60,180 nt of DNA from a virus (taxonomy: Duplodnaviria; Caudoviricetes): the IMG/VR virus record IMGVR_UViG_3300028840_002990, positions 1 to 60,180 of that record. One strand, 5' to 3'. Positions 8,856 to 17,210 of this stretch are shown piece by piece (within the stretch, counting starts at the first letter, position 1; each line of letters starts with the position of its first letter). A program made the translations under genes and the position numbers. Below the pieces are notes generated by a model. That model had not been told where the DNA came from. It saw only the letters and a program-made list of their open reading frames with translations, and made no database searches.

Positions 8856-9335
8856 ATGAAAAGCTATGAGTTGTATTATCTTCAAAATGTCCGAAGTGCA
8901 AAGAGTGATCTTTGCAATCCCCGCATAAGTTTCAATTCCGGTTATTGGGATGCGAAAAGCGACCTAAAAAATGAACGCGAAATCAGGGACGTTTCAGATC
9001 ATTTCAATCCTTATTACGCGGCTGGATACGAGGCGGGGCAAGGCAGGCTTGCAAGCAACCAATCCAGTGAGATTGACTTTGCTATGTTTTGCAAGGGTTT
9101 ATCCGGTTCAGACTATGAGACTACTGCGAAAGCAATTCTTGAGTCTCTTATTCGAGGTCGTGAATATCTTTTCTCAAAAAAGCGCGACCGCTCCCAATTC
9201 ACTGACCATGATTGGAATGATATGATTTCCAGATATGACCGGGAGTTACCCGCTCAAAACCCTGAGCAATTCTGTATAAAGCATAGTGTTTTGAATCAAT
9301 TCGGTTTGCTCAACTATACGTTTGAGGGAAGATAA
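8856..9335 (+). CDS. Hypothetical protein
   Basis: Preceded by an AACCATCCAATCAATAGGAG leader copy. Confidence 0.7.
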   Translation: MKSYELYYLQNVRSAKSDLCNPRISFNSGYWDAKSDLKNEREIRDVSDHFNPYYAAGYEAGQGRLASNQSSEIDFAMFCKGLSGSDYETTAKAILESLIRGREYLFSKKRDRSQFTDHDWNDMISRYDRELPAQNPEQFCIKHSVLNQFGLLNYTFEGR

Positions 9336-9336
9336 T

Positions 9337-10254
9337 ATGCCTCAAGATCAAATTCAAAAAATCCCCTTTGACCAAATCTACCCCGGCAATAATGACCGGA
9401 CGGTATTTGATGAAGATGCTTTGAGTGAGTTGGCAAATTCAATCAAAGAGAATGGGCTTATTCAACCAATCACGGTTCGGTTGTTTGCTCCTGACCCCGG
9501 CGCGGTTTTCGGTGGTGATAGATTTGGGGAAGCGGCCCAATACCAGATTGTAGCCGGGGAGCGTAGGTTTCGAGCCTTGCGGATTTTGGAGGTTGAGGAA
9601 ATCCCCTGCATTGTAAAGGAACTGACCGACTCCGAGGCCTCGGCAATCATGTTATCCGAGAATGTTTCGCGTGACGATCTTGACCCGATAGATGAAGCTA
9701 ACGCATACCATCACAGGATTTCCAATCTAGGTTGGACTGTAAAAGAATGTGCTGAAAAAGCCGGGGTAAGTGACATCCGGGTTCAATTCCGCTTGAAACT
9801 TTTACATTTGCGGGATGACGTTCAAGACCTTGTTCGTTCTGGCAATCTTCAAATGGGTTATGCTCGGATACTGGCAGATGCGAAGTTGGATACGAATCGT
9901 CAAATGTTGGCGATTTCCAATCTTCAAAAGAATCCCCGTCCTACTACTGGATGGTTCAGGAAACTTGTCAATGAGTACGCGGAGCAACAGAACCAAGCTA
10001 AGATGTTTGAGGATGATTTCTTGGTTTGCCAACATGCCCCAATCGAGGCCTTGAATTTTGATACCCCTCCCTCCCCGGCTGTTGATAATCCTGAGATCAA
10101 AGGGGAAACTCCGGAAGATACCATTTTGCAACAAATTGAGTATTGGAAAGATGCCAGCGAAGGGTGGGAGAAATTGGGCAAGACGTTCAAACAAAAGGAA
10201 TGTAACGCGGCGGTATCCGCTTTACAATATGCCTTTAGTTCAATTTATGGATAG
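9337..10254 (+). CDS. ParB/RepB/Spo0J family protein
   Basis: LANSIKENGLIQPITVR..YQIVAGERRFRA..ENVSRDDL.PIDEA plus HTH. Confidence 0.9.
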   Translation: MPQDQIQKIPFDQIYPGNNDRTVFDEDALSELANSIKENGLIQPITVRLFAPDPGAVFGGDRFGEAAQYQIVAGERRFRALRILEVEEIPCIVKELTDSEASAIMLSENVSRDDLDPIDEANAYHHRISNLGWTVKECAEKAGVSDIRVQFRLKLLHLRDDVQDLVRSGNLQMGYARILADAKLDTNRQMLAISNLQKNPRPTTGWFRKLVNEYAEQQNQAKMFEDDFLVCQHAPIEALNFDTPPSPAVDNPEIKGETPEDTILQQIEYWKDASEGWEKLGKTFKQKECNAAVSALQYAFSSIYG

Positions 10255-10264
10255 AATAGGAGAA

Positions 10265-10609
10265 ATGAGAATGAACGAAAAAGAACGTTTGGATGAAATG
10301 AATCGAAAGTTCAATCAAATATTGCAGGATACCGGATTGGCTGATTTGTTTTACACTACCTCACCAAATTACCGTTATTGGGAAACAAAAGATAAACGGC
10401 AGTTTTGTTGGACAACCGAAAGAATGGATGGGAAATTTTGGTGTTGGGATTATGTCCCACTTGGTAAAGGGGCGCGGTCTGGAAATCCTACTAAGTGGAG
10501 ATTGAAAAACAAAGTTGGTTTCAAGAAACGCAAAACTGCTAAATCTCGTGCGGCTTCTAGGGCAAAAAAGCATGAAGCATATTTAGAAACAAAAGGAAAA
10601 TCAAAATGA
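10265..10609 (+). CDS. Basic hypothetical protein
   Basis: TAGGAG RBS before ATG 10265. Confidence 0.7.
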   Translation: MRMNEKERLDEMNRKFNQILQDTGLADLFYTTSPNYRYWETKDKRQFCWTTERMDGKFWCWDYVPLGKGARSGNPTKWRLKNKVGFKKRKTAKSRAASRAKKHEAYLETKGKSK

Positions 10610-11457
10610 CTTCTCAAATGTCAATGTTTGACACTGGACAAAAACAGGTGAAACCCCCGGTCTTCAACGAGGACGGGGTTTCTCTGCAAGGTTGTAAAAT
10701 CATCTATTCCCCTAAAGGTCAGGCCGGGGAGTATGCCCCGCTTGCTACCAATCTGTATAGGGGATGTGGGCATAAATGCTCTTATTGTTATGTTCCCGGT
10801 TTCACTTACATGAACCGTCAAGACTTCAACGCAAAAGCAATCGAGCGGAAAAACTATCTTCCCCAACTGGAAAGGGACGCGGGGAAATATCAGGTTGCAG
10901 GCTCTACCGCTCAAATCATGCTTTGCTTTACAACAGACCCCTACCATCCCTTTGATACCTCTCTAACCCGTAAAACCTTGCAGGTATTGATAAATCACGG
11001 TTTAGCCTTTTGTACTTTGACCAAAGGCGGGAGTCGGGCTTTGCGTGATCTTGATTTATTCAGACCTGACCGGGACGCTTTCGCCTCTACCCTTACAAGT
11101 CTTGACCCGTCTGTCTCTTTGAAATGGGAAAGCGGAGCGGCCTTACCAGATGACCGGATAAAAACCCTCAAGGCTTTTCACAAGCATGGGATTTTCACAT
11201 GGGTATCATTAGAGCCAACCCTTGACACTGAAACCAGTTTGCAGATTGTCAGGGAGACTCACGAGTTTGTTGATCTGTACAAGATAGGCAGGGCGAATTA
11301 TCTTCCCATGACAAAGACTACTGATTGGGAGGGGTATACTCACAGGATGATAGAATTGTGTCAGGAGTTGGGCGTAAAGCATTACATCAAACGTGATCTT
11401 CAACCCTTCTTACCGGAAGGATACCAAAACCCTAAGAGAGTCGAGCAACATAAATGA
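10606..11457 (+). CDS. Radical SAM protein (SPL/SplB-like phage family)
   Basis: N.YRGCGHKCSYCY CxxxCxxC; TTDPY; LTK; WVSLEP. Confidence 0.88.
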   Translation: MTSQMSMFDTGQKQVKPPVFNEDGVSLQGCKIIYSPKGQAGEYAPLATNLYRGCGHKCSYCYVPGFTYMNRQDFNAKAIERKNYLPQLERDAGKYQVAGSTAQIMLCFTTDPYHPFDTSLTRKTLQVLINHGLAFCTLTKGGSRALRDLDLFRPDRDAFASTLTSLDPSVSLKWESGAALPDDRIKTLKAFHKHGIFTWVSLEPTLDTETSLQIVRETHEFVDLYKIGRANYLPMTKTTDWEGYTHRMIELCQELGVKHYIKRDLQPFLPEGYQNPKRVEQHK

Positions 11458-11678
11458 TGGATGAAAATCTAAAAATAGGAGAAATGGTTATCTTTTCTAG
11501 GGTACACCATGCCCACAACCGCCATTTGAAAAAAAGAGTTGGTGAGCGGGGCATGGTTGTTTCAGTTCCAGAAAAAAGAAATGATGTCTTGGTTCAATTT
11601 CATGGGGGATATGAACCAAGATTTTGGATAAATAAGATGTATTTAGAATTTCCAAAAGATAATTTGGATGGGTTGTAA
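11454..11678 (+). CDS. Small SH3-like hypothetical protein
   Basis: 74 aa; KIGEMV..GERGMVV..VLVQF pattern. Confidence 0.55.
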   Translation: MMDENLKIGEMVIFSRVHHAHNRHLKKRVGERGMVVSVPEKRNDVLVQFHGGYEPRFWINKMYLEFPKDNLDGL

Positions 11679-11680
11679 AG

Positions 11681-12514
11681 ATGAACAGTTACCTTAGTCT
11701 TGGCGGCGGTTTACAATCCAGTACGATAGTTGAAATGATGGTAGAGGGGGAGTTATCGCCTGTTGATTTAGTTCTTTTTGCGGATACAGGCGATGAACCT
11801 GATTATGTCTATTCACAGGTGGGTTATCTAAAGGGTAGATTGCAATTGATCAATGTTCCTTTGGAGATTGTTTCGATTGGAGACATGATAAAACATTATC
11901 ACGAACCGTGGAGGCGATTTGCCACCCTTCCAGTTTTTACGAAATTAGGGGATAATATTGGCAAAATGCCTCGCCATTGCACGCACGATTATAAAATCAA
12001 TCCAATAGAAAAACGAGTAAGAAGGGGATTGCTTGAATTAGGAAAAGCCACTGAGCAATCAAACGGTGCAATCAGGATAAACAAGGGGGTACAAATTGAA
12101 TGTTGGCTTGGAATTTCCCTAGATGAAGTTCAACGCATGAAAGAAAACAAACACAAGTGGGTGTTCAACCGATGGCCTCTAATAGAAAAAAGAATGACTC
12201 GTTTAGATTGCTCAAACTGGCTTTCTCAAAGGGGTTTGCCAGTTCCTAGAAAGTCCAGTTGTAGAATTTGCCCTTACCACAATGATGATCATTTTAGATG
12301 GATGAAGGATTACAGGCCGGATGATTGGAAACACGTTGTTGAATTTGACGATTTTCTTAGGAATGGAAACGGAAAAATAACAACATCTGCAAGGGGAGAA
12401 TTGTTTTTGCATAAGTCTTGTGTTCCTATGTCGGAAGTAGATTTATCAAACCAACAAGACAAGGGACAGTTAGAAATGTTTGATGTATGCGATGAAGGGT
12501 ATTGTTTTATTTGA
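11681..12514 (+). CDS. PAPS-reductase-like (PP-loop) protein
   Basis: LSLGGGLQSS, FADTGDEP, CT..YKI.PI, GISLDE..R, KSSCRICPY. Confidence 0.82.
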   Translation: MNSYLSLGGGLQSSTIVEMMVEGELSPVDLVLFADTGDEPDYVYSQVGYLKGRLQLINVPLEIVSIGDMIKHYHEPWRRFATLPVFTKLGDNIGKMPRHCTHDYKINPIEKRVRRGLLELGKATEQSNGAIRINKGVQIECWLGISLDEVQRMKENKHKWVFNRWPLIEKRMTRLDCSNWLSQRGLPVPRKSSCRICPYHNDDHFRWMKDYRPDDWKHVVEFDDFLRNGNGKITTSARGELFLHKSCVPMSEVDLSNQQDKGQLEMFDVCDEGYCFI

Positions 12515-12582
12515 TTTGTCCTTGAATCTTTTTCCCAATCTGTTATACTGTAATCATCAAATCGCTAGGACGATTACAGTAT

Positions 12583-13035
12583 ATGGGCAGACCAACCAAA
12601 CTAACAGATGACACAATACAAAAACTTGAAACGACAATTGCCGCCGGGAATTACTATGAGGCGGCTTGTCGCTTTGCTGGAATTAGTTATACCCTTTTCA
12701 GAGAATGGATAAAAGCGGGGCAAGAGGTCAGGGATGGAAAGCGGAAAAGAACACAAAAGAATCTAAAATTTCTTGAGTTTCTTGAGGTAATGGAGAGGGC
12801 AGGGGCTAAAGCTGAAATTAGGATGGTTGCTAACTGGCAGATGCACGTCCCGACTAACTGGCAGGCGGCGCGGGATTTCTTAGAAAGGCGATACCCTGAA
12901 AGGTGGGGAAAGAAAAGCAGAGTAGAAAGTATTGAAAAATATATTGATTTATCTAAACTGTCAGATGATCAACTGGAAAGATTGTCAAGGGGGGAGGATG
13001 TAATTGATGTCCTTACAAACCCAAGTTCAAGCTGA
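12583..13035 (+). CDS. terS: Terminase small subunit
   Basis: MGRPTKLT HTH; WQAA..FLERRYPERWG; immediately upstream of TerL. Confidence 0.85.
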   Translation: MGRPTKLTDDTIQKLETTIAAGNYYEAACRFAGISYTLFREWIKAGQEVRDGKRKRTQKNLKFLEFLEVMERAGAKAEIRMVANWQMHVPTNWQAARDFLERRYPERWGKKSRVESIEKYIDLSKLSDDQLERLSRGEDVIDVLTNPSSS

Positions 13036-14518
13036 ATTAGAACTACGGCGTAGGGCGCAAAGCGGGGAAATAAAAAAATCAAAATACAAAGAATTTCAGG
13101 AAAAATACCGAAATGATTTAGCGGGGTTTGCAAACGATTGTATATCGTGGCGCGAAAAAGAATATCCAACAGATTACCAGTTAGAAGGAATGCGGCGGCT
13201 AGTAAAGTACAAGCGTTTTTCATTGCGTGGCCCTCATGGTTTGGGGAAAACCATGTTTGCCGCAATTGCTGTTTTATGGTTTGCTCTAACTCGTGATGGG
13301 GAAGATTGGAAAATTCCTACACTTGCCTCGGCCTGGAGGCAGGTATCAAAATTTCTTTGGCCTGAAATAAGGAAATGGTCAAGGCGGTTGAAGTGGGGCG
13401 TTATTGGTCGCAACCCGTTCAACGAGAATAGAGAATTGCTTACACTGAGTTTGAAGTTGTCAACTGGTGAAGCCTTTGCAATGGCAAGCAATGATGAGTC
13501 TTTGATTGAGGGGGCACATGCGGACAATATACTATATTTGTTCGATGAATCGAAATCAATACCAGATGCAACATGGGATGCCGCAGAAGGGGCGATGTCT
13601 ACAACCGGGGAGTGCTATTGGTTGGCAGTATCAACGCCCGGTGAACCGATTGGGAGATTCTTTGACATTCATTCTAAAAAGGGCGGGTATGAGGATTGGG
13701 ATGCCCTTAAAGTCACACTAGAAATGGCAATCAAAGCGGGGCGCATAGATAGGGATTGGGCTAAAAATCGGGCAAGGCAATGGGGAAAAGATTCGGCGGT
13801 ATATATCAATCGAGTCAAGGGAGACTTTGCGGAAAGCGATGAGGATAGTGTTATCTCGTTGGCCTGGATTGAACGTTCAAACGAGCGATGGTTAGCAAGG
13901 CAAGAGGCAAACGATTTTGGGGATGTTACAGGCTTGGGGGTGGATGTAGGACGAGGCGGAGACCCGTCTGTTATCTGCCTACAATGTGAAGATGCAATAA
14001 AAGAATTCCGCAAAATACAGGTAAAAAATACAATGCACGTTACCGGATTAGTTATTGGTTTGCTGAAAAACCATCATAAATCAAAGGCAAGTATAGATGT
14101 GATCGGAATAGGGGCGGGAGTCGTTGACAGATGCAGGGAAGTTATAAACGAATTGAGAAACGTAATATTTCCAAACCCGAATGATAGGATTATTGCTTTC
14201 AATGCCGCAGAGAAAACAGACTTAAAAGATAGTTCAGGGGAATTGGGCTTTGTGGATTCTAGGTCGGCTGGATGGTGGAATCTTCGTGAGAAGTTGCAGA
14301 ATGATGAGGTTGATTTACCCCCGGAAGATGAATTGACCGGGGAGTTAGTTTCTCCTAAATGGGTGGTACAATCAGGAGGAAAAATAAAAGTTGAAAGCAA
14401 GAAAGATATAAAGAAACGCTTAGGCCGAAGTACCAACTATGCAGATACGGTCATTCAGGTTTACATGCCTCCCCCCGTTCAAAAAATGGCTGGTGCATTC
14501 GGTAGGAGAAAAAGGTAA
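13007..14518 (+). CDS. terL: Terminase large subunit
   Basis: Walker A GPHGLGKT, Walker B YLFDES, STP, nuclease GVDVGRGGD, RSTNYAD. Confidence 0.93.
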   Translation: MSLQTQVQAELELRRRAQSGEIKKSKYKEFQEKYRNDLAGFANDCISWREKEYPTDYQLEGMRRLVKYKRFSLRGPHGLGKTMFAAIAVLWFALTRDGEDWKIPTLASAWRQVSKFLWPEIRKWSRRLKWGVIGRNPFNENRELLTLSLKLSTGEAFAMASNDESLIEGAHADNILYLFDESKSIPDATWDAAEGAMSTTGECYWLAVSTPGEPIGRFFDIHSKKGGYEDWDALKVTLEMAIKAGRIDRDWAKNRARQWGKDSAVYINRVKGDFAESDEDSVISLAWIERSNERWLARQEANDFGDVTGLGVDVGRGGDPSVICLQCEDAIKEFRKIQVKNTMHVTGLVIGLLKNHHKSKASIDVIGIGAGVVDRCREVINELRNVIFPNPNDRIIAFNAAEKTDLKDSSGELGFVDSRSAGWWNLREKLQNDEVDLPPEDELTGELVSPKWVVQSGGKIKVESKKDIKKRLGRSTNYADTVIQVYMPPPVQKMAGAFGRRKR

Positions 14519-16758
14519 TGACTGAAAAACCCACTCCCCCCCGAAAAGGCACAAGAGCAGATTTGAAATTGAGATTGAATCGGGCAGAACAAACCATACA
14601 GTTTTTGGCGAATTCAACCCTGACCCGCAGAGCCGCTTATGCGGCCTCTCTAGGAAAACAGTTTGACGGTGATCGAGATTTATATGCCGTTTTTGGATAT
14701 AAAATATCCCCTGATTTTCAAGACTTCTTGCTTGCCTATGAGCGCGAAGGGCTCGCAGCTAGAGTCGCAGACGCAAAGCCAAATGCAACATGGAGCAAGC
14801 ACCCAATCCTTTATGTTGGTGGCGAGGCTCCAAGCGAAGAAAATCCGGGGGAACTGCAAAAGAAGTTTGACGAATTTGCTAACGAATACGACCTCTACGC
14901 AAAACTGAAAGAGCTTGATAGAGCCTGCGCGATTAGCCGCTTTGGTTTGATGTTCCTGGGTTTACCCGGCGACCCTAGAGAGCCAGTAGAAAACGTCAGA
15001 GAGGGAGATTTAGCCTTTATCACTGTACACGATGAGGGAGATGGGGAAATAGATGAGGGGAGCATTATTCAAGACACAGAAAACCCCCGCTTTGGCCTGC
15101 CTGAGTATTATTACATCATTGTTAGCGAAACCAATCAGGAAAAGAAACGAGTCCATCATTCCCGCGTAATCCATTACAAGCGAGGCAAGCAAAGAACTGG
15201 GTACGGGCGCGTGTACGGTGTTCCTGATCTGAAAAATATTTTCAACCGATTCTATGATCTTGAAAAAGTGGTAGGCGGTGGGAGCGAGGCATTTTGGTTG
15301 TTAGTGCGAAAAGGTCTTGCATTGATGGCAAGGGATGGAATGAATTTACCCTCAGAGGGAACAGACGCCTATGAAGTTTTAGAGGATGAGGTAGAGGAAT
15401 ACGAGCATCAATTATCCAGAATTATGAAATTGGTCGGCCTGGATATTCAGGAATTGGGAAGCGACCCGGTTTCTAGTCGAGATCAATTCGATGTGTTGAT
15501 TGAATATATTGCAGGGTCAGAGGAAATCCCGCAGAGACTTCTTTTAGGGTCTGAGCGGGGAGAACTGGCAAGTTCACAAGATCAAGCAAATTGGTTTGGT
15601 AACATTGAAGAAAGGCGAAATAACGAGGCCGAGCCTTATATTTTGCGGCCTGTTCTGGATAAGCTGGATGAATTGGGTCTTTTCGATTTACCAGATGAAT
15701 ATAAAGTTTTCTGGCCTCCATTGTTTACGCTGACAGAACCGGAGGAGGTAGAGGTTGCTAGTACGGTTGCACAGACTATTTATACAATCACAGGCGGTAT
15801 GCCTGAGTTGGCTATTCCGCTTGAGGAATTCATGAAACTGCTACCGGGTAAATGGTCATATGCGATGGATAAAGAGCAGATCAAAAAGATTGAGGAAGCA
15901 AAGCGGAAACCGGACGAAGCTAACCAAAAGGAAGATGAAAAAACAAAGGTTGACATTTCTGATTTGCTCTCCAAGTTGCCACAAGGGGAGGAAACAAAAC
16001 AGAATGCCCGGGCAATTATGAGCCGCCTTATCGAGGGGGTAAGCGGGTCAATCAAGGGCGATTTAGTGGAGAACTTCGGGACACTGGACGCTTACCAGAA
16101 TCCTATGGTTTGGCACAATGCAAATGGAACGGGCGAGTATGCAACCATGATTGCATTCATGATACCCGAAGTCATCCGCCAAGAGTTGAAAGCAAAATAT
16201 CCCTGGATACAAGATGACGTGTTAGACGAAATGCACATGACTCTTGTGTACCTGGGTGACATTCGCACATTATCAAGAGCTAGAATTTTCGAGGCGGTTG
16301 CTGAGTTTGCGAGTACGGTACAACCGATCAAAACCACTATGCAGGGACTCGCCCGGTTCGTTTCTGAAATGGAAAAAGACCCGATTGTCGCAACTTATGA
16401 CAGTCCACAAAATGAAATCGTTATGCTGCGGGAACAGTTAGCGGCTATACTTCGCACGATGGGAATCCCATACCATGATAATCATGGGTTTATCCCCCAT
16501 ACGACATTTGCATACATCCCTAAAAACGAGTCTATGCCTGATGACTCTTTTGAGCGGGTAGAGATCAATTTCAATATGGTTTCGGTGGTGATTGGTCAAG
16601 AGCAATATGATTTCGATTTAGGTAGATACCCTGACAATTTGCCTGAGATCATGCCTCCTCCCCCTCCACAAAAGGTACAACATCCAATAGAGGATTCAGG
16701 TCTTGACCCATACAATGAGCGGGGTAATTTTGACCCGGCAAATGAGGAGACTCATTGA
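14518..16758 (+). CDS. Portal protein (DUF1073-type) fused to a C-terminal 2H phosphoesterase
   Basis: Follows TerL; IPQRLLLGSERGELASSQD; HMTL and PHTTF 2H motifs. Confidence 0.85.
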   Translation: MTEKPTPPRKGTRADLKLRLNRAEQTIQFLANSTLTRRAAYAASLGKQFDGDRDLYAVFGYKISPDFQDFLLAYEREGLAARVADAKPNATWSKHPILYVGGEAPSEENPGELQKKFDEFANEYDLYAKLKELDRACAISRFGLMFLGLPGDPREPVENVREGDLAFITVHDEGDGEIDEGSIIQDTENPRFGLPEYYYIIVSETNQEKKRVHHSRVIHYKRGKQRTGYGRVYGVPDLKNIFNRFYDLEKVVGGGSEAFWLLVRKGLALMARDGMNLPSEGTDAYEVLEDEVEEYEHQLSRIMKLVGLDIQELGSDPVSSRDQFDVLIEYIAGSEEIPQRLLLGSERGELASSQDQANWFGNIEERRNNEAEPYILRPVLDKLDELGLFDLPDEYKVFWPPLFTLTEPEEVEVASTVAQTIYTITGGMPELAIPLEEFMKLLPGKWSYAMDKEQIKKIEEAKRKPDEANQKEDEKTKVDISDLLSKLPQGEETKQNARAIMSRLIEGVSGSIKGDLVENFGTLDAYQNPMVWHNANGTGEYATMIAFMIPEVIRQELKAKYPWIQDDVLDEMHMTLVYLGDIRTLSRARIFEAVAEFASTVQPIKTTMQGLARFVSEMEKDPIVATYDSPQNEIVMLREQLAAILRTMGIPYHDNHGFIPHTTFAYIPKNESMPDDSFERVEINFNMVSVVIGQEQYDFDLGRYPDNLPEIMPPPPPQKVQHPIEDSGLDPYNERGNFDPANEETH

Positions 16759-17210
16759 TGAAGTATGATAGCGAGAAGGAAACAAAAACACATATTTGGA
16801 TAGTTTGTGGATTCTTGGTGAAATTTGCATTGGAAATATTGAAGCGTTGTAATTCTCACGACTCAAGCAAATTGCAAAAACCCGAAAAACCAGTTTATGA
16901 TGAATTTACTCCTAAGTTGCGAGAATCAACCTATGGGAGCGATGAATACAAGGCGATACTCAAGGAAATTGGGCCTGCTCTAAAACATCACTATGAAAAC
17001 AATTCCCACCACCCCGAACATTTTGAAAATGGTGTAAACGGAATGACTTTGCTTGACCTGATTGAAATGTTAGCGGATTGGAAAGCGGCAACCTTGCGCC
17101 ATGATGACGGTGATATTCAGAAAAGTTTGAAAATCAACAAAGAGCGTTTTGGGATTTCTGATCAACTTTCAGAAATCTTTGAGAACACTATAAAAGAAAT
17201 GGGATGGTAA
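16755..17210 (+). CDS. DUF5662-like HD-related protein
   Basis: HDSSKL..HHY.NNSHHPEHF..M.L.DLIEMLADW. Confidence 0.75.
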   Translation: MMKYDSEKETKTHIWIVCGFLVKFALEILKRCNSHDSSKLQKPEKPVYDEFTPKLRESTYGSDEYKAILKEIGPALKHHYENNSHHPEHFENGVNGMTLLDLIEMLADWKAATLRHDDGDIQKSLKINKERFGISDQLSEIFENTIKEMGW

